A stretch of 64,000 bases of DNA from an uncultured Bacteroidales bacterium (lineage in GTDB: Bacteria; Bacteroidota; Bacteroidia; Bacteroidales; WCHB1-69). Where the stretch lies: contig CALGTS010000058.1 in the NCBI GenBank assembly GCA_937901925.1, positions 4,605 through 68,604 on the forward strand, in the 5' to 3' direction. The notes beneath the pieces are model-generated. The model had not been told where the DNA came from and searched no databases. It saw only the letters and a list, made by a program, of their open reading frames with translations. Every line of letters begins with the position of its first letter. Position 1 is the stretch's first letter. The position numbers were made by a program, and so were the translations under genes. Positions 9,189-20,894 of this stretch are shown here, piece by piece.

Positions 9189-10469
9189 ATGAAAAGAGAT
9201 ACACAAATTTTTGACCTTATCAAACAAGAACGTGAGCGTCAAACCAAAGGTATTGAGTTGATTGCTTCAGAAAACTTTGTTAGCGACCAAGTGATGGAAG
9301 CTATGGGTTCTGTATTAACAAACAAATATGCAGAAGGATATCCAACCAAACGTTATTACGGTGGATGTCAAATTGTTGACCAAACTGAACAATTGGCTAT
9401 TGACCGTGCTAAAGAACTTTTCGGAGCGGAATGGGCAAACGTACAACCACACTCTGGCGCACAAGCTAATATGGCTGTATTGATGGCTTGCCTCAAACCT
9501 GGCGACACTTTTATGGGCTTAGACCTTTCTCATGGTGGTCACCTTTCACATGGTTCTCCAGTAAACTCTTCCGGTCTTCTTTATAAAGCTGTTGCTTACA
9601 CCGTTGAAGAGGAAACTGGCGTTATCAACTACGACAAAATGGAAGAAGTTGCGCTTCGCACTCGTCCTAAATTGATTATTGGTGGTGCTTCTGCATACTC
9701 TCGCGATTGGGATTGGAAACGTATGCGCGAAATCGCAGACCAAGTAGGCGCAATTTTAATGGGCGACATTTCACACCCTGCAGGTCTTATTGCTCGCGGC
9801 CTCTTGAATAACCCTGTTCCTTACTGCCACATCGTTACTACAACTACACACAAAACTTTACGCGGTCCTCGCGGCGGTCTTATCCTTATGGGTAAAGATT
9901 TCGACAACCCTTGGGGTTATACCACTCCAAAAGGTGAAATCAAAAAGATGTCTCAAGTTCTCGATGGTATGGTATTCCCAGGAATCCAAGGTGGTCCACT
10001 TGAACACGTAATCGCTGCTAAAGCTGTTGCTTTCGGCGAAGCTCTTTCTGATGAATACTTACAATATATTAACCAAGTGAAGAAAAATGCTGAAGCTTTA
10101 GGAAAAGCTTTCATGAGCAGAGGTTACAAAGTAATCAGTGGCGGTACCGATAACCACTTATTACTCATCGACTTGAGAACAAAATTCCCTGATTTAACAG
10201 GTAAAAAAGTGGAAAACACTCTTGTTCAAGCTGACATCACTCTTAACAAAAATATGGTTCCATTCGATTCAAGAACTCCATTCTCAACTTCTGGTATCCG
10301 CGTAGGAACTCCTGCCGTTACTTCAAGAGGTTTGAAAGAAGAAGATATGGAAACTATCGTGGGCTTCATCGATGAAGTACTTTGCAATATCGACGACGCT
10401 GCCGTTATTGAAAGCGTTGCTAAGAGAGTAAATGCAATGATGGAAAACCGTCCACTTAACGTTTGGTAA
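9189..10469 (+). CDS. glyA: Serine hydroxymethyltransferase
   Basis: [30 protein letters not shown]..., the canonical SHMT N-terminus, and the [17 protein letters not shown]-lysine motif. Confidence 0.95.
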   Translation: MKRDTQIFDLIKQERERQTKGIELIASENFVSDQVMEAMGSVLTNKYAEGYPTKRYYGGCQIVDQTEQLAIDRAKELFGAEWANVQPHSGAQANMAVLMACLKPGDTFMGLDLSHGGHLSHGSPVNSSGLLYKAVAYTVEEETGVINYDKMEEVALRTRPKLIIGGASAYSRDWDWKRMREIADQVGAILMGDISHPAGLIARGLLNNPVPYCHIVTTTTHKTLRGPRGGLILMGKDFDNPWGYTTPKGEIKKMSQVLDGMVFPGIQGGPLEHVIAAKAVAFGEALSDEYLQYINQVKKNAEALGKAFMSRGYKVISGGTDNHLLLIDLRTKFPDLTGKKVENTLVQADITLNKNMVPFDSRTPFSTSGIRVGTPAVTSRGLKEEDMETIVGFIDEVLCNIDDAAVIESVAKRVNAMMENRPLNVW

Positions 10470-10492
10470 GATATCATTTACACCATAAAAAG

Positions 10493-10519
10493 GACCGGCA
10501 AAACCGGTCTTTTTTTTTT
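10493..10519 (+). terminator. Rho-independent terminator after glyA
   Basis: GACCGG-caaa-CCGGTC hairpin followed by a T10 run. Confidence 0.6.
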
Positions 10520-10587
10520 CAAAAAGTTCAGCATAATAATAACAAATAGACATCGTTTTGCAGATGAACAAATAAAAATCAAAAAAG

Positions 10588-11364
10588 ATGAAAAAACTAC
10601 TATTTTTTATTGTGGGTGTTATAACAATAATTTCATGCAACGAGCCCGACGAAATCAATTATGAACAGAAAATTTTAGGTCGCTGGGCTTGCGATTACAT
10701 CGACGGCAAAGCCAATTCTACACAATCATTTCATATTATCGATTTTCAAGACAACAACAAACTACAATGGTCTGAAGGTATTGAAGCGGAAAATGGAAAA
10801 ACCGATTGGCACAAACACCCTGCGTTCAGCTACAGAGTAACCGAAAACGTCATCACTTACGAAGGCCAAGACGCACAGGGAAATCTAATCAATGCAGAAC
10901 TTTCCATCAACTCCATTACAGAAACTTCCCTAACCTACTACATCAAGAAACTAACCATTAACAATACCAATGTCAGCGATAATAGATTATTCAAATTGAA
11001 AAAAATAAGTTCTGAAACGCCTCAATTAGAAGGAATTTGGTTTGGCAAAGAGGTAAGTCCTGGCACCCAAGCGCACGACTACTATTGGCAATTTTTCAAC
11101 GATGGAAAATTCGATTTCTACTACTACGATGAAGCAACAGGAAAATACAAAAAGGGCGATATGAACGGACGTTATACCCATTACGGAGAGATTATCATTA
11201 TGCACAGCAATGCGCCTATTATTGACAAAGAAAACTACAGTTACGACGCTTGGCATATCACAGAAAAAAGTGCAGAAAATATGAATTGGATGTGCAAAAC
11301 TTCCGATGGAACCAACGTTAGTTTTATGCTCACACACACAACTGAACTTCCAGAAATTGGGTAA
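10588..11364 (+). CDS. Hypothetical lipoprotein
   Basis: 258 aa with lipoprotein signal (MKKLLFFIVGVITIISCNE). No recognisable motif. Confidence 0.5.
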   Translation: MKKLLFFIVGVITIISCNEPDEINYEQKILGRWACDYIDGKANSTQSFHIIDFQDNNKLQWSEGIEAENGKTDWHKHPAFSYRVTENVITYEGQDAQGNLINAELSINSITETSLTYYIKKLTINNTNVSDNRLFKLKKISSETPQLEGIWFGKEVSPGTQAHDYYWQFFNDGKFDFYYYDEATGKYKKGDMNGRYTHYGEIIIMHSNAPIIDKENYSYDAWHITEKSAENMNWMCKTSDGTNVSFMLTHTTELPEIG

Positions 11365-11394
11365 AACTTTTACACATTACAATGCTTAAAAAAG

Positions 11395-11429
11395 TATGGA
11401 AAGATTTGATATTTTTCCATATTTTTTTA
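11395..11429 (+). terminator. Rho-independent terminator
   Basis: TATGGAAA...TTTCCATA hairpin followed by a T-run. Confidence 0.5.
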
Positions 11430-11609
11430 TATTTTCGCAAGTTAAAAGCAGTAAAAAAAACACCTTTTATAAAACTCACAACTCACTATAAACAAACTAC
11501 TTAAAATAGATTTACTTTTAACAAAAAAGAAGAAATAAAACAAAAGCTACCACTTCACAAAAAAAATTGGAGAAAAATCCAATTTTTACAACAACAAAAC
11601 AGATTTATT

Positions 11610-12440
11610 ATGTTAGTTATAAATAAAGTTCAAGAGTTAAAAGAGATTCAACGACGTCTTCACGAAGAGGGAAAAACAATAGGATTGGTTCCCACAATGG
11701 GGGCATTGCACAGCGGCCACTACTCATTATTGGAGCGTGCGCGTCAAGAAAACGACATTGTGGTGTGTTCCATTTTTGTCAACCCTGTTCAATTTAATAA
11801 TGCCGAAGATTTAGAGAAATATCCTCGCACGTTAGAACAAGATTTGGCGTACATCGAAAAGGTTGCCGATATTGTTTTTGCCCCTACTGTTGATGAGGTT
11901 TTTCCCACTCCACCTACCGAAAAATATGATTTTGGTACATTAGAAACGGTTATGGAAGGTGCATTCCGTCCAGGACATTTCAACGGCGTTGGCGTAATTG
12001 TAAAACGTCTTTTCGATTGGACAGAACCCCACAGAGCCTACTTCGGCGAGAAAGATTTCCAACAGTTAGCCATTATCCAAGAGTTAGTTCGCCAATATGC
12101 ACTCAACATCAAGATTATCCCCTGCCCTATTGTCCGCGAAGCCTCTGGATTAGCTCTTAGTTCCCGAAACGCGCGTTTGTCGGAAACTGACCGCAAAACA
12201 GCCGCAAAAATCCACCAAATATTGGAAAGTTCACGAAACTGCACTACACTTCAGGAAACACAACATTTTGTAGAAGAAGAGATTGCCAAAGTTCCTGAAT
12301 TTACGCTCGACTATTTCGCTATTGCCAACGCAAGAACACTACAACCTATAGAAAATTTTTCTGACGCAGAAACTGTTATCGGTTGTATTGCCGTTTTTAT
12401 CGGTGGAGTAAGACTTATCGACAATGTCAAATATAAATAA
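11610..12440 (+). CDS. panC: Pantoate--beta-alanine ligase
   Basis: [19 protein letters not shown] (HIGH-like motif) and overall PanC pattern. Adjacent to panD. Confidence 0.9.
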   Translation: MLVINKVQELKEIQRRLHEEGKTIGLVPTMGALHSGHYSLLERARQENDIVVCSIFVNPVQFNNAEDLEKYPRTLEQDLAYIEKVADIVFAPTVDEVFPTPPTEKYDFGTLETVMEGAFRPGHFNGVGVIVKRLFDWTEPHRAYFGEKDFQQLAIIQELVRQYALNIKIIPCPIVREASGLALSSRNARLSETDRKTAAKIHQILESSRNCTTLQETQHFVEEEIAKVPEFTLDYFAIANARTLQPIENFSDAETVIGCIAVFIGGVRLIDNVKYK

Positions 12441-12453
12441 TAACATTCTAAAG

Positions 12454-12798
12454 ATGCAAATTGAAGTATTAAAATCAAAAATTCATCAGGCAGTAGTTAC
12501 TGAAGCAAACCTACAATATGTGGGTAGTATCACCATTGATGAAACATTGATGGAAGCCGCAAATCTTATTGAAAATGAGAAAGTTCAAGTGCTCAATATC
12601 AACAATGGTGAGCGTTTAGAAACTTACGTTATCAAAGGCAAAAAAGATTCTGGCGTAATCTGCCTCAATGGTCCTGCTGCCCGCAAAGCAGCAATTGGCG
12701 ATGTTGTAGTTATCATCTCCTACTGCGCAATGGATTTTGAAGAAGCTAAACATTTCAAACCTTGGATTGTTTTTCCGAAGAATAACAAATTAAAATAA
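12454..12798 (+). CDS. panD: Aspartate 1-decarboxylase
   Basis: [30 protein letters not shown] carries the Gly-Ser self-cleavage site. ORF-track start 12424 trimmed to the ATG matching PanD N-termini. Confidence 0.9.
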   Translation: MQIEVLKSKIHQAVVTEANLQYVGSITIDETLMEAANLIENEKVQVLNINNGERLETYVIKGKKDSGVICLNGPAARKAAIGDVVVIISYCAMDFEEAKHFKPWIVFPKNNKLK

Positions 12799-12805
12799 AG
12801 AAATT

Positions 12806-13552
12806 ATGTATAAACTCGTACTTATTAGACACGGACAAAGTGTTTGGAATCAAGAAAATAGATTTACAGGATGGACAGACGTTGATCTTTCTGAACGTGG
12901 TATTAACGAAGCTAAAGAAGCTGGAAAACGCCTCAAAGAAGCTGGATTAACATTTGAATTTGCCTACACTTCATACTTAAAAAGAGCTATCAAAACGCTT
13001 AATTATGTTTTGGAAGAGATGGATCTTCTTTGGATTCCGGTTGAAAAAACTTGGCGTTTAAATGAAAAACATTATGGTTTCTTGCAAGGAATGAACAAAA
13101 AAGAGATGGTTGATGAATATGGTAGCGAACAAGTTCAAATTTGGCGCCGCAGCTACGACATTGCTCCACCTGCACTTCCAGAAGATGACGAAAGACACCC
13201 TATCAACAACCCAAGATATAAAAACATTGAAGATCCACAAGGACACCCAGGTACTGAATCATTGGCAGATACTACCGCTCGTATCATTCCTTTGTGGGAA
13301 AATTCTATTCAAAAAGCATTACAAAAACACTCTCAAGTGTTAATCGCAGCACACGGAAATAGTTTGAGAAGTATTCTAAAATATTTAAAAGGAATCTCTG
13401 ACGAGGCAATTTCTCAAATCAATATTCCAACAGGTATTCCATACGTATTTGAATTAGATGAAAAATTCAATGTAATTAAAGACTACTATCTTGCTGATGA
13501 AGAAACACTTAAGAAATTGATGGAAGAGGTAGCCAACCAAACAAAAAAATAA
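12806..13552 (+). CDS. gpmA: 2,3-bisphosphoglycerate-dependent phosphoglycerate mutase
   Basis: LIRHGQSVWNQENRFTGW (RHG catalytic motif) and a later AHGNSLR motif. Confidence 0.9.
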   Translation: MYKLVLIRHGQSVWNQENRFTGWTDVDLSERGINEAKEAGKRLKEAGLTFEFAYTSYLKRAIKTLNYVLEEMDLLWIPVEKTWRLNEKHYGFLQGMNKKEMVDEYGSEQVQIWRRSYDIAPPALPEDDERHPINNPRYKNIEDPQGHPGTESLADTTARIIPLWENSIQKALQKHSQVLIAAHGNSLRSILKYLKGISDEAISQINIPTGIPYVFELDEKFNVIKDYYLADEETLKKLMEEVANQTKK

Positions 13553-13554
13553 TT

Positions 13555-16149
13555 ATGAATGTCAATTTTTCCGAAGAGATGAGCGCAGCAATGGAGGAAG
13601 CTCGTAAAATAGCCGCCTCCTACAATTATGGTCAACTCTCTGCTGACCATCTATTTTGTGCCATTCTAAAAGCTCCGAAGCCCAATTCCACAACATCTGT
13701 ATGGGAAAGATATGGTATTAATACAGATGTATTGCTGGAAAAGCTTGAAAAGATTATCAGTCAAAACGAAAATAAAGTACAAGTTGCTCCCGAAGAGATT
13801 TCTCTTAATGAGCAAACAAACAATATTATTCGTCTTGCTTACCTAATCTCTAAAAATTGCCGTAGCAAAGATTTAGGTATGTTGCACTTTATCATTGCAA
13901 TACTAAAAGAGAACAACAATAGTTATAATGTTTCCCAAACCTTACTTCGTCAAAGTGGCATCAATTATCAAGCCTTGATGAACGATACCAAAAGTAGTGA
14001 TATTGCTGAAAGGACCTCTCCTAAAGCAAAAACTTTTGACGATGACGAGGTGGAGGACGATGACGATTTTTCACGTTTTTCTTCCCAACAACCGCGCGGC
14101 AATACACAAAATAGCGCTACCCCGATGATCGATTCCTTCGGAAAAGACTTAACACGTTATGCTCTCGATGGAAAGTTAGACCCTATTGTCGGTCGAGATA
14201 AAGAGTTGGAACGAATCGCTCAAATTCTCTGTCGCCGCAAAAAGAACAATCCCGTGCTCATTGGAGAACCCGGAGTGGGAAAATCTGCTATCGCCGAGGG
14301 ATTAGCACTTCGCATTACGCAAGGCAAAGTTCCTCGCACACTAATGTCGAAGCGTATTATCAGCTTAGACATCTCCTCTCTTGTGGCGGGAACAAAATAT
14401 CGCGGACAGTTTGAAGAACGCGTGCGCACAATTTTGGAAGAGTTAGAAAAAAATCCTCAAATTATCCTCTTTATCGATGAACTTCACACCATTGTTGGCG
14501 CTGGAAGTTCTCCAGGTAGCTTAGACGCTTCCAATATGTTTAAACCCGCTTTGGCACGCGGCGAAATCCAATGTATCGGAGCTACAACCTTGGACGAATA
14601 TCGCCAATACATCGAAAAAGATGGCGCCTTGGAACGTCGTTTTCAAAAGGTTTTGATGGACCCAACCACCCCTGAAGAGACTTTGGAAATTCTTCAAAAT
14701 ATCAAAGATAGATATGAAGAACACCACTCCGTACGCTACACCGATGAAGCACTGCAAGCTTGCGTTACATTGTCGTCAAGATATATTTCAGACCGCTGTC
14801 TTCCTGATAAAGCTATCGACGCTCTTGATGAAGCTGGTTCACGCATCCATATCAAGAACATTAAAGTTCCTCAAGAGATGTTAGATGCTGAAAATCAAAT
14901 TGAACTATTAGAAAAACTTAAAAAAGAAGCAATCGCGAATAATGAGTTTAATGCAGCAGCAAACTATCGAGACGCTATTAAAACTGAAAACGAACGATTA
15001 GCAAAGATTCGCAAAGATTGGGAAACAGAAGAGCAAAATCGCCGAACTCCTGTTACCGAAGAGGACGTTGCTGAGGTAATTGCAATGATGACAGGCGTTC
15101 CCGTAAAGCGAATTGCCAAAAATGAAGGTGAAAAATTGATGCAGATGGCTACTGAATTGGAAGGTAAAGTTATCGGACAAGATGAAGCTATCGTAAAAAT
15201 TGCTAAAGCTATACGCAGAAATCGCGCCGGTCTTAAAGACCCAAACAAACCTATCGGTACATTTATCTTCCTCGGTCCTACTGGCGTCGGAAAAACATAT
15301 CTTGCTAAAGTATTAGCTGAATATCTTTTTGATTCTCAAGACGCTATGATTCGTATCGATATGAGCGAATATATGGAAAAACATACTATTTCTCGTCTTA
15401 TCGGTGCGCCTCCAGGATATGTTGGCTACGAAGAAGGTGGACAGCTAACCGAAAAAGTGCGCCGTAAGCCTTACTCTATCGTACTCCTTGACGAAATTGA
15501 AAAAGCTCACCAAGATGTTTACAATATCTTATTGCAAGTATTTGACGATGGGCAACTTACGGATGGAATCGGCAGAAAAGTTGACTTCAAAAATACCATT
15601 ATCATTATGACATCCAATATTGGCTCCCGAGAATTGAAAGATTTCGGAACAGGCGTTGGCTTTAGCACCGATGCGACCATTGCCAACAAGCGAAAATTGG
15701 AACATAGCGTAATTGATGCCGCTTTGAAGAAAAACTTCTCACCAGAATTTCTCAACCGTATCGATGATACAATCTTCTTTAATAGTCTTACTAAAGAGGA
15801 GATCAAGAAAATTATCGATATCGAACTTGTAAAGCTACTAAAACGCGTATCTGCATTAGGCTTAGAAGTTGAAATCACCGACAAAGCAAAAGATTTTCTT
15901 GTAGAAAAAGGATGGGACAGCAATTACGGCGCTCGCCCTCTGAAACGTGCTATTCAAAAATATGTCGAAGATGTGCTTGCTGAAGAGATTCTTCTCCAAA
16001 AATTGGACAACAACAATAGTGTCATTTTAGATTATAATGACATAAAAGAGGAGATGGAAGTGATAAGTAAAGAGAAAAATTCTGAATTAACAGAAGGAGA
16101 AAAAGCCAACGCTCTTCCGGAACATTCTGATAATCAAAACGATGATTAA
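13555..16149 (+). CDS. clpC: ClpC-type AAA+ chaperone (Clp protease ATP-binding subunit)
   Basis: 864 aa. Clp_N repeats, two Walker A sites ([17 protein letters not shown]). The short UVR-like linker ([15 protein letters not shown]) argues for ClpC rather than ClpB, which has a long M-domain. Confidence 0.8.
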   Translation: MNVNFSEEMSAAMEEARKIAASYNYGQLSADHLFCAILKAPKPNSTTSVWERYGINTDVLLEKLEKIISQNENKVQVAPEEISLNEQTNNIIRLAYLISKNCRSKDLGMLHFIIAILKENNNSYNVSQTLLRQSGINYQALMNDTKSSDIAERTSPKAKTFDDDEVEDDDDFSRFSSQQPRGNTQNSATPMIDSFGKDLTRYALDGKLDPIVGRDKELERIAQILCRRKKNNPVLIGEPGVGKSAIAEGLALRITQGKVPRTLMSKRIISLDISSLVAGTKYRGQFEERVRTILEELEKNPQIILFIDELHTIVGAGSSPGSLDASNMFKPALARGEIQCIGATTLDEYRQYIEKDGALERRFQKVLMDPTTPEETLEILQNIKDRYEEHHSVRYTDEALQACVTLSSRYISDRCLPDKAIDALDEAGSRIHIKNIKVPQEMLDAENQIELLEKLKKEAIANNEFNAAANYRDAIKTENERLAKIRKDWETEEQNRRTPVTEEDVAEVIAMMTGVPVKRIAKNEGEKLMQMATELEGKVIGQDEAIVKIAKAIRRNRAGLKDPNKPIGTFIFLGPTGVGKTYLAKVLAEYLFDSQDAMIRIDMSEYMEKHTISRLIGAPPGYVGYEEGGQLTEKVRRKPYSIVLLDEIEKAHQDVYNILLQVFDDGQLTDGIGRKVDFKNTIIIMTSNIGSRELKDFGTGVGFSTDATIANKRKLEHSVIDAALKKNFSPEFLNRIDDTIFFNSLTKEEIKKIIDIELVKLLKRVSALGLEVEITDKAKDFLVEKGWDSNYGARPLKRAIQKYVEDVLAEEILLQKLDNNNSVILDYNDIKEEMEVISKEKNSELTEGEKANALPEHSDNQNDD

Positions 16150-16227
16150 TTTCAAAAAAAAGTCAAAATAGGTCTAAAAATTGAAAAAAAAATCATATTT
16201 TTGCACTCACATTTTTAGAGAGTGATT

Positions 16228-16301
16228 GGTCCCATAGCTCAGTTGGTTAGAGCAGCTGACTCATAATCAGCGGGTCCTTGGTTCGAGCCCGAGTGGGACC
16301 A
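16228..16301 (+). tRNA. tRNA with CAT anticodon (elongator Met; lysidine-modified Ile2 not excluded)
   Basis: GGTCCCA acceptor pairs with TGGGACC. D-arm AGCTCAGTTGGTTAGAGC, anticodon loop CTCATAA, T-arm GGTTCGAGCCC. CCA is not encoded. A TATTTTTG -7 box lies at 16196-16203. Confidence 0.85.
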
Positions 16302-16304
16302 CAA

Positions 16305-16334
16305 AAGCCCTTGCGTAAAACGTAAGGGCTTTTT
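16305..16334 (+). terminator. Terminator after the tRNA
   Basis: AAGCCCTTGCG-taaaa-CGTAAGGGCTT hairpin followed by TTTT. Confidence 0.65.
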
Positions 16335-16447
16335 AGTTTCATAAAACTTCTAAGAGTTTTTTACCAACTTATCAGAAAGAAAAGTTTCTTCGAAAAACAA
16401 CACCTCTTTTTTATTATCTTTGCACCTCGAAAAAGTTCCTTAGTATT

Positions 16448-16825
16448 ATGGGTAGAAACAAATTTTCACAACGAGAAATTGATATCATTCGCAAGTTGTT
16501 GCGACGTAAAATGGCGGGAAATCGCGGTGGGCAAAAAGTGGTAAGACACACACTACGTACTGTGTTCGACTTCAACATTTCAGACTTTAACGTACAAGGG
16601 AAAGCTTTCGGTCCGCACGACCTTGACGAATGTGTGCGCCGCGGCAGAATACAAGTGCTTGACGAAGCAACAATAGAAGCGATGAAACTGCGCTACGCCG
16701 AGAAGAAACAACACGAAGAGTCGCTTAAGCAAGCAGAAGCTATTGCTAACGGCGAAATTGAAGATTGGCAAGAGGTGCTGAAACAGTGGAACGAGTACTA
16801 CGGAAATAATCCGGAAGAGGCTTAA
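16448..16825 (+). CDS. Hypothetical protein
   Basis: 125-aa basic/acidic soluble ORF. A TATCTTTG -7 box at 16415-16422 sits 26 nt upstream of the ATG. Confidence 0.5.
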   Translation: MGRNKFSQREIDIIRKLLRRKMAGNRGGQKVVRHTLRTVFDFNISDFNVQGKAFGPHDLDECVRRGRIQVLDEATIEAMKLRYAEKKQHEESLKQAEAIANGEIEDWQEVLKQWNEYYGNNPEEA

Positions 16826-16884
16826 TTCATGTACATCATACAAAAGCAGATTTATAGCATAATCAACTTCAGCACATAAAAAAA

Positions 16885-16909
16885 GCTGCCCACTTTGTTA
16901 ATAGGCAGC
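16885..16909. terminator. Probable bidirectional terminator between convergent genes
   Basis: GCTGCC...GGCAGC hairpin flanked by an A-run and T-rich sequence. Confidence 0.45.
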
Positions 16910-16929
16910 CTTCAGCATTCTAATTACAA

Positions 16930-17466
16930 CTATTCAACTTTCTGTTCCACCCATATTAGTTTATCGGTATTATACCCGCGTTTTTCGGCACTTTTCACCA
17001 GATAATCGAGGTCGGCTTGTGTCAGTTGCGGCGTACGACTCAAAATCCAAAGATAACGATCGCTTTTGCTGCCCACCAACGCATAACGGTAATCCTCTGC
17101 CAACTCTAACACATTGTATTGGCTGTAGATATTCATAAAGAAGGAAACCTCCAGCATACCAGGCTTTGAAGCATCAGGACGACGTGCTTTTCCTACTGAC
17201 TGGTCAAATTTTCCGTCAAGCGTCTTTTTATAACCGGAATTAACGACCAGAATTGATCCATCGTCATTTAGGGAGTAATCAGCGGTACAACCCACCAATC
17301 CACGTTCAAAAGTGTGGTCAAAGCGAGCGATTTCGTACCAATGTCCGAGATAGCGTTCTAAATCCAGATTCTTAACAGGTTCGTTAGGAATGTCTTGCGC
17401 ATCGGAGCAACCGAAAAGGGTTAGCATAGTGATACCGCAAATTAAATGTAAAAATTTTCTGTTCAT
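16930..17466 (-). CDS. blc: Bacterial lipocalin (Blc-like outer-membrane lipoprotein)
   Basis: MNRKFLHLICGITMLTLFGCS lipobox, then GHWYEIARFDHTFERG, the lipocalin signature. ORF-track start 17616 trimmed. Confidence 0.8.
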   Translation of the reverse strand: MNRKFLHLICGITMLTLFGCSDAQDIPNEPVKNLDLERYLGHWYEIARFDHTFERGLVGCTADYSLNDDGSILVVNSGYKKTLDGKFDQSVGKARRPDASKPGMLEVSFFMNIYSQYNVLELAEDYRYALVGSKSDRYLWILSRTPQLTQADLDYLVKSAEKRGYNTDKLIWVEQKVE

Positions 17467-17790
17467 AATGTTTGATTTTAAAATGGTTAATGTTTGATGT
17501 AAAACTCTTGCGAGATTATAGAGTAAAAACATCGTGCTGCGGCAATTGTTCAGAAATAAAAAAAAAGAATATAGATAATGACAACAAACTCCTATCGGCA
17601 CAGCCATACTAAGCATACGGAAGAAAACAATATATCAGAAAATAGTAGTATAAGAAAAAAAAATCTTGCAAAAACTATCTTTGTCTAAAAAAATCACACA
17701 CTCTCCCCTACCATTAATGGAAAATTAATAGTAATTTTGCCAAATATATTTCACTATTCATCACGCATTTATTCATTAACCCAAAAAAAT

Positions 17791-18366
17791 ATGAAAAAGC
17801 TATTTATCACCCTTATTGCCACAATTTTATTGTCACCAATTTTTGCACAAAGCGAACATCTAACCTTCAAAGGCATTCCCATTGACGGCTCCTTAGCCGA
17901 CTTCTCCAACCAAATGAACCAAAAAGGCTTCACCCATATAGCAACTGAGGACGGCACTGCTGCTTTCGCCGGAGAGTTCGCATCATACAAAAATTGTACT
18001 ATTGGTGTTCTATGTTCTAAAAGCACAAAAATTGTCAATAAAGTGGGCGTAATCTTTCCAAAATGCGACACTTGGTCAAAACTATATAGCAACTATAGCC
18101 ATTTAAAAGAGATGTTAACCATTAAATATGGAGAACCCACAGAAAGTACAGAAAAGTTCCAAAGCATCATAGAACCTACAGATGACAACATGAAAATGCG
18201 CTATGTTGAATTAGACAACTGCAAATACACAACCTCGTGGGTAACAGAAAAGGGAACTATAGAACTTGAGATAACGCACCAAGATTACGATTGCCACGTC
18301 GTTTTACACTATTGGGATAAGATTAACACCGAGAAAGTTACCAGCTCAGCGATAGATGACTTATAA
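17791..18366 (+). CDS. Hypothetical secreted protein
   Basis: Signal peptide MKKLFITLIATILLSPIFAQ. No recognisable family. Confidence 0.5.
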   Translation: MKKLFITLIATILLSPIFAQSEHLTFKGIPIDGSLADFSNQMNQKGFTHIATEDGTAAFAGEFASYKNCTIGVLCSKSTKIVNKVGVIFPKCDTWSKLYSNYSHLKEMLTIKYGEPTESTEKFQSIIEPTDDNMKMRYVELDNCKYTTSWVTEKGTIELEITHQDYDCHVVLHYWDKINTEKVTSSAIDDL

Positions 18367-18456
18367 AAGGTGAACTCTCGCCAATATTCTATCTCAGTTA
18401 GTAACATTTTCTCTATCTTTGCCAAGATTTTAGTTTCACTATAAAACAGAAAAAAG

Positions 18457-18924
18457 ATGACCAAAGAGGAATTGATGCGCAGGGCAATTGCGCTGAGTGA
18501 AGAGAATGTAAAATTAGGATTAGGACCTTTTGGCTCCGTCATTGCCAAGGACGGCGAGATTATTGCGGAGGCAGGGAATACCGTAACGCGTGACAACGAC
18601 CCTACCGCGCACGCCGAAGTGAACTGCATCCGTGAAGCCACTCGTAAACTCGGAACATTCGACCTATCTGGCTGCGAAATCTACGCCTCCTGCGAACCTT
18701 GCCCAATGTGCTTAGCAGCCATCTATTGGGCGCATTTGGACAAAATCTACTACGCAAACACAAGAAAAGACGCCGCCGAAATTGGCTTCGACGACGACTT
18801 TATCTATAATGAGATTCCTTTAGAACCCTCGCAACGCCAAAAACAAATTGAGGAGTTGCTACCAGAAGAAGCAAAAAGAGCTTTTGAGATGTGGAAAACT
18901 TCTGAAAACAAGGTGGAATATTAA
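18457..18924 (+). CDS. Zinc-dependent nucleoside/nucleobase deaminase (CMP/dCMP deaminase fold, guanine-deaminase-like)
   Basis: HAEVNCI and CEPCPMC zinc-binding motifs; 155 aa. Confidence 0.8.
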   Translation: MTKEELMRRAIALSEENVKLGLGPFGSVIAKDGEIIAEAGNTVTRDNDPTAHAEVNCIREATRKLGTFDLSGCEIYASCEPCPMCLAAIYWAHLDKIYYANTRKDAAEIGFDDDFIYNEIPLEPSQRQKQIEELLPEEAKRAFEMWKTSENKVEY

Positions 18925-18925
18925 C

Positions 18926-20791
18926 CTACTGCTTTTTCAACAATTTCACCACTTTACCTCCTGAATTCAAGAGATAGAATCCATCTGCAAAGGTCGATAA
19001 ATCCAACACAAAGCGGCTGTCGCTGGCGATGCCTTGCCACAGAAGTTGTCCGTACGCATTATAGAGCGAGATTGGCGTATTGATTTTCAAATCAGATATT
19101 TGAACACTATTGCAACAAGGATTGGGGAACACCTTCCAGCAATCCACAGTGCTGTTTTCCTCCACGCCAACCGGCATCCATCCATTCATCACCGCTACGC
19201 CTGCCAAATCGAAGCCGCCACTGGCAAAATCTGTCGGGTACGGGTCATTTATCGCATTTCCGTTTCTATCGAAAGTTGCCCATTGTGCATCTATAGAACC
19301 GACAACATCCACTACTTTAATATGCGTAATTGCATTGAGATCCAAATTGGAATAACCGCTTAACTGCGCTAAATCGAAAGGTGTTCCCCAACCTACCTTA
19401 TACTTGCCCGCAAGATTACTCAAATTTTGAGCGTCAACGGTTCCCGTACTGCTGATTTGGAGTGCTGTAGGTGTTAAAGAAGTTGCCGGAAAACGGTAAA
19501 AATGAACGCCGTCAGAACTTACCTCTACGAATGCCAATTCCAGAAAAATGTCATTGAGAGCATTTTCAAAGACTGCGAAATCATACCCCACACCATTTTG
19601 AATGGGAGCGTCAAACGTCAGAAGTGCGGCACCACCATCGCCCAAACTCACCACTTCTACTGTAGAGTTGGTCACTTGGCCTACTGCATTGGCAGCTTCG
19701 CCATAAGTGACGGCAAGCATCTGATTTTCCATATTTTGCCAACCTCTATCCACCTCGCAAGTTGCCGCCCAGTCCACAATTTGCGGATCCTCACAACTAA
19801 TAGCTTGGCAATTCTCACTTCCCACTATCCCATCAAACTGCGTTTGCGGAGGCGTTGGCTTAGCAACGGGATTCACAACGGTCAACCAAGTATAATTAAA
19901 GTTCTCATCTGCATTTCCACAACTTTCATCTCCCCATTTCACCACATCACCATCATGTACATATTGGGTTGTAAATCCATTGACAGCTCCCTGACCATTA
20001 ATATTATACATCCACCAATCACCCGCCAACGCAAGCGAGTAGTTTCCATCGTTGAAAGTAATATCGCTCATCATTGAACCATTGGCCAGATAATCGAATC
20101 GTTCATCATAAATCGCAATTGTCCGCATCAGGTCAGCCACCAAGGCACTATCACCTGGGAAACGCACACCCCAAGCGAGACAGATTGCGGTATCGCACCA
20201 ATTCACAGCAACGATAGCATAACTTTCACCATTACCCACCCAATAATCTATCTCTTCAGCCATTATTGTAGCATCCTCATTTTCAGGGGGAAGGTTCGGA
20301 TTGACCGGATAGAAGATATTCTCATTCGGGAGTGTACAATCCGCATACTGGCACATTTCAAAATAATCTCCATCTGCAAGCGGGTCCGACAAACCCGAGG
20401 AGAATGAACCGTTAACGGTGTACATCAGCATACCGCTATCTTCCATATAGTTCAGGGAGCCGTTACTATAGCCAAAACCATTCACCCAACTTCCCAAATC
20501 GATGTAAAAATTGGAGTCTGCGGAGGCTATTGCGTTCAACATATCAGCAATGGTGGCAGAACCGCTAAACCGATAACCATAGGCGACGCCACCGGGTGTG
20601 CTACCACACCAAAAAAAGCCTGCCACAACGGAATTTTCGCCTTCGCCCACCCAGAATTGGATAGCAGAAGCGGGAATATCCGTCACTTCTTTTAACACGG
20701 AACCATTTGAGATCAAATCTCTTACATACTCATTTTGCGCACACAAAGTGAACGTTGAAAAAACAAGCAAAAAACACAAAACTCTTCTCAT
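18926..20791 (-). CDS. T9SS-sorted secreted protein with two transcobalamin-beta-like (DUF4430-like) repeats; predicted cobalamin-binding
   Basis: Signal peptide at the N-terminus. Two internal repeats end in LMYTVNGSFSSGLSDPLADGDYFEM and WMYNINGQGAVNGFTTQYVHDGDVVKW. C-terminal Por/T9SS sorting domain (VFPNPCCNSVQISDL...GFYLLNSGGKVVKLLKKQ). Sits directly downstream of a cobalamin riboswitch. Confidence 0.7.
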   Translation of the reverse strand: MRRVLCFLLVFSTFTLCAQNEYVRDLISNGSVLKEVTDIPASAIQFWVGEGENSVVAGFFWCGSTPGGVAYGYRFSGSATIADMLNAIASADSNFYIDLGSWVNGFGYSNGSLNYMEDSGMLMYTVNGSFSSGLSDPLADGDYFEMCQYADCTLPNENIFYPVNPNLPPENEDATIMAEEIDYWVGNGESYAIVAVNWCDTAICLAWGVRFPGDSALVADLMRTIAIYDERFDYLANGSMMSDITFNDGNYSLALAGDWWMYNINGQGAVNGFTTQYVHDGDVVKWGDESCGNADENFNYTWLTVVNPVAKPTPPQTQFDGIVGSENCQAISCEDPQIVDWAATCEVDRGWQNMENQMLAVTYGEAANAVGQVTNSTVEVVSLGDGGAALLTFDAPIQNGVGYDFAVFENALNDIFLELAFVEVSSDGVHFYRFPATSLTPTALQISSTGTVDAQNLSNLAGKYKVGWGTPFDLAQLSGYSNLDLNAITHIKVVDVVGSIDAQWATFDRNGNAINDPYPTDFASGGFDLAGVAVMNGWMPVGVEENSTVDCWKVFPNPCCNSVQISDLKINTPISLYNAYGQLLWQGIASDSRFVLDLSTFADGFYLLNSGGKVVKLLKKQ

Positions 20792-20894
20792 AATTTAAGT
20801 TTTAAGTTAAACAATAAGTTAATAATATATTGTGTTATTGCCCAGGGAAAAAGAAACGAAAGCTTAAAACAAGATCTCGTGTAAGCCTATCTCC

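Noticed and set aside
16228-16301. Calling the CAT-anticodon tRNA an initiator tRNA-fMet
   Set aside because: The first base pair of the acceptor stem is a normal G-C pair. The anticodon stem lacks the three consecutive G-C pairs typical of initiators. Elongator Met or Ile2 fits better.
19502-20077. Long antisense ORFs inside real genes (e.g. 19502..20077, 15519..15923, 54185..54667, 58155..58625, 62350..62712, 31981..32346)
   Set aside because: Each lies entirely within, and opposite to, a much longer ORF with clear family motifs. Their sequences are low-complexity and motif-free.
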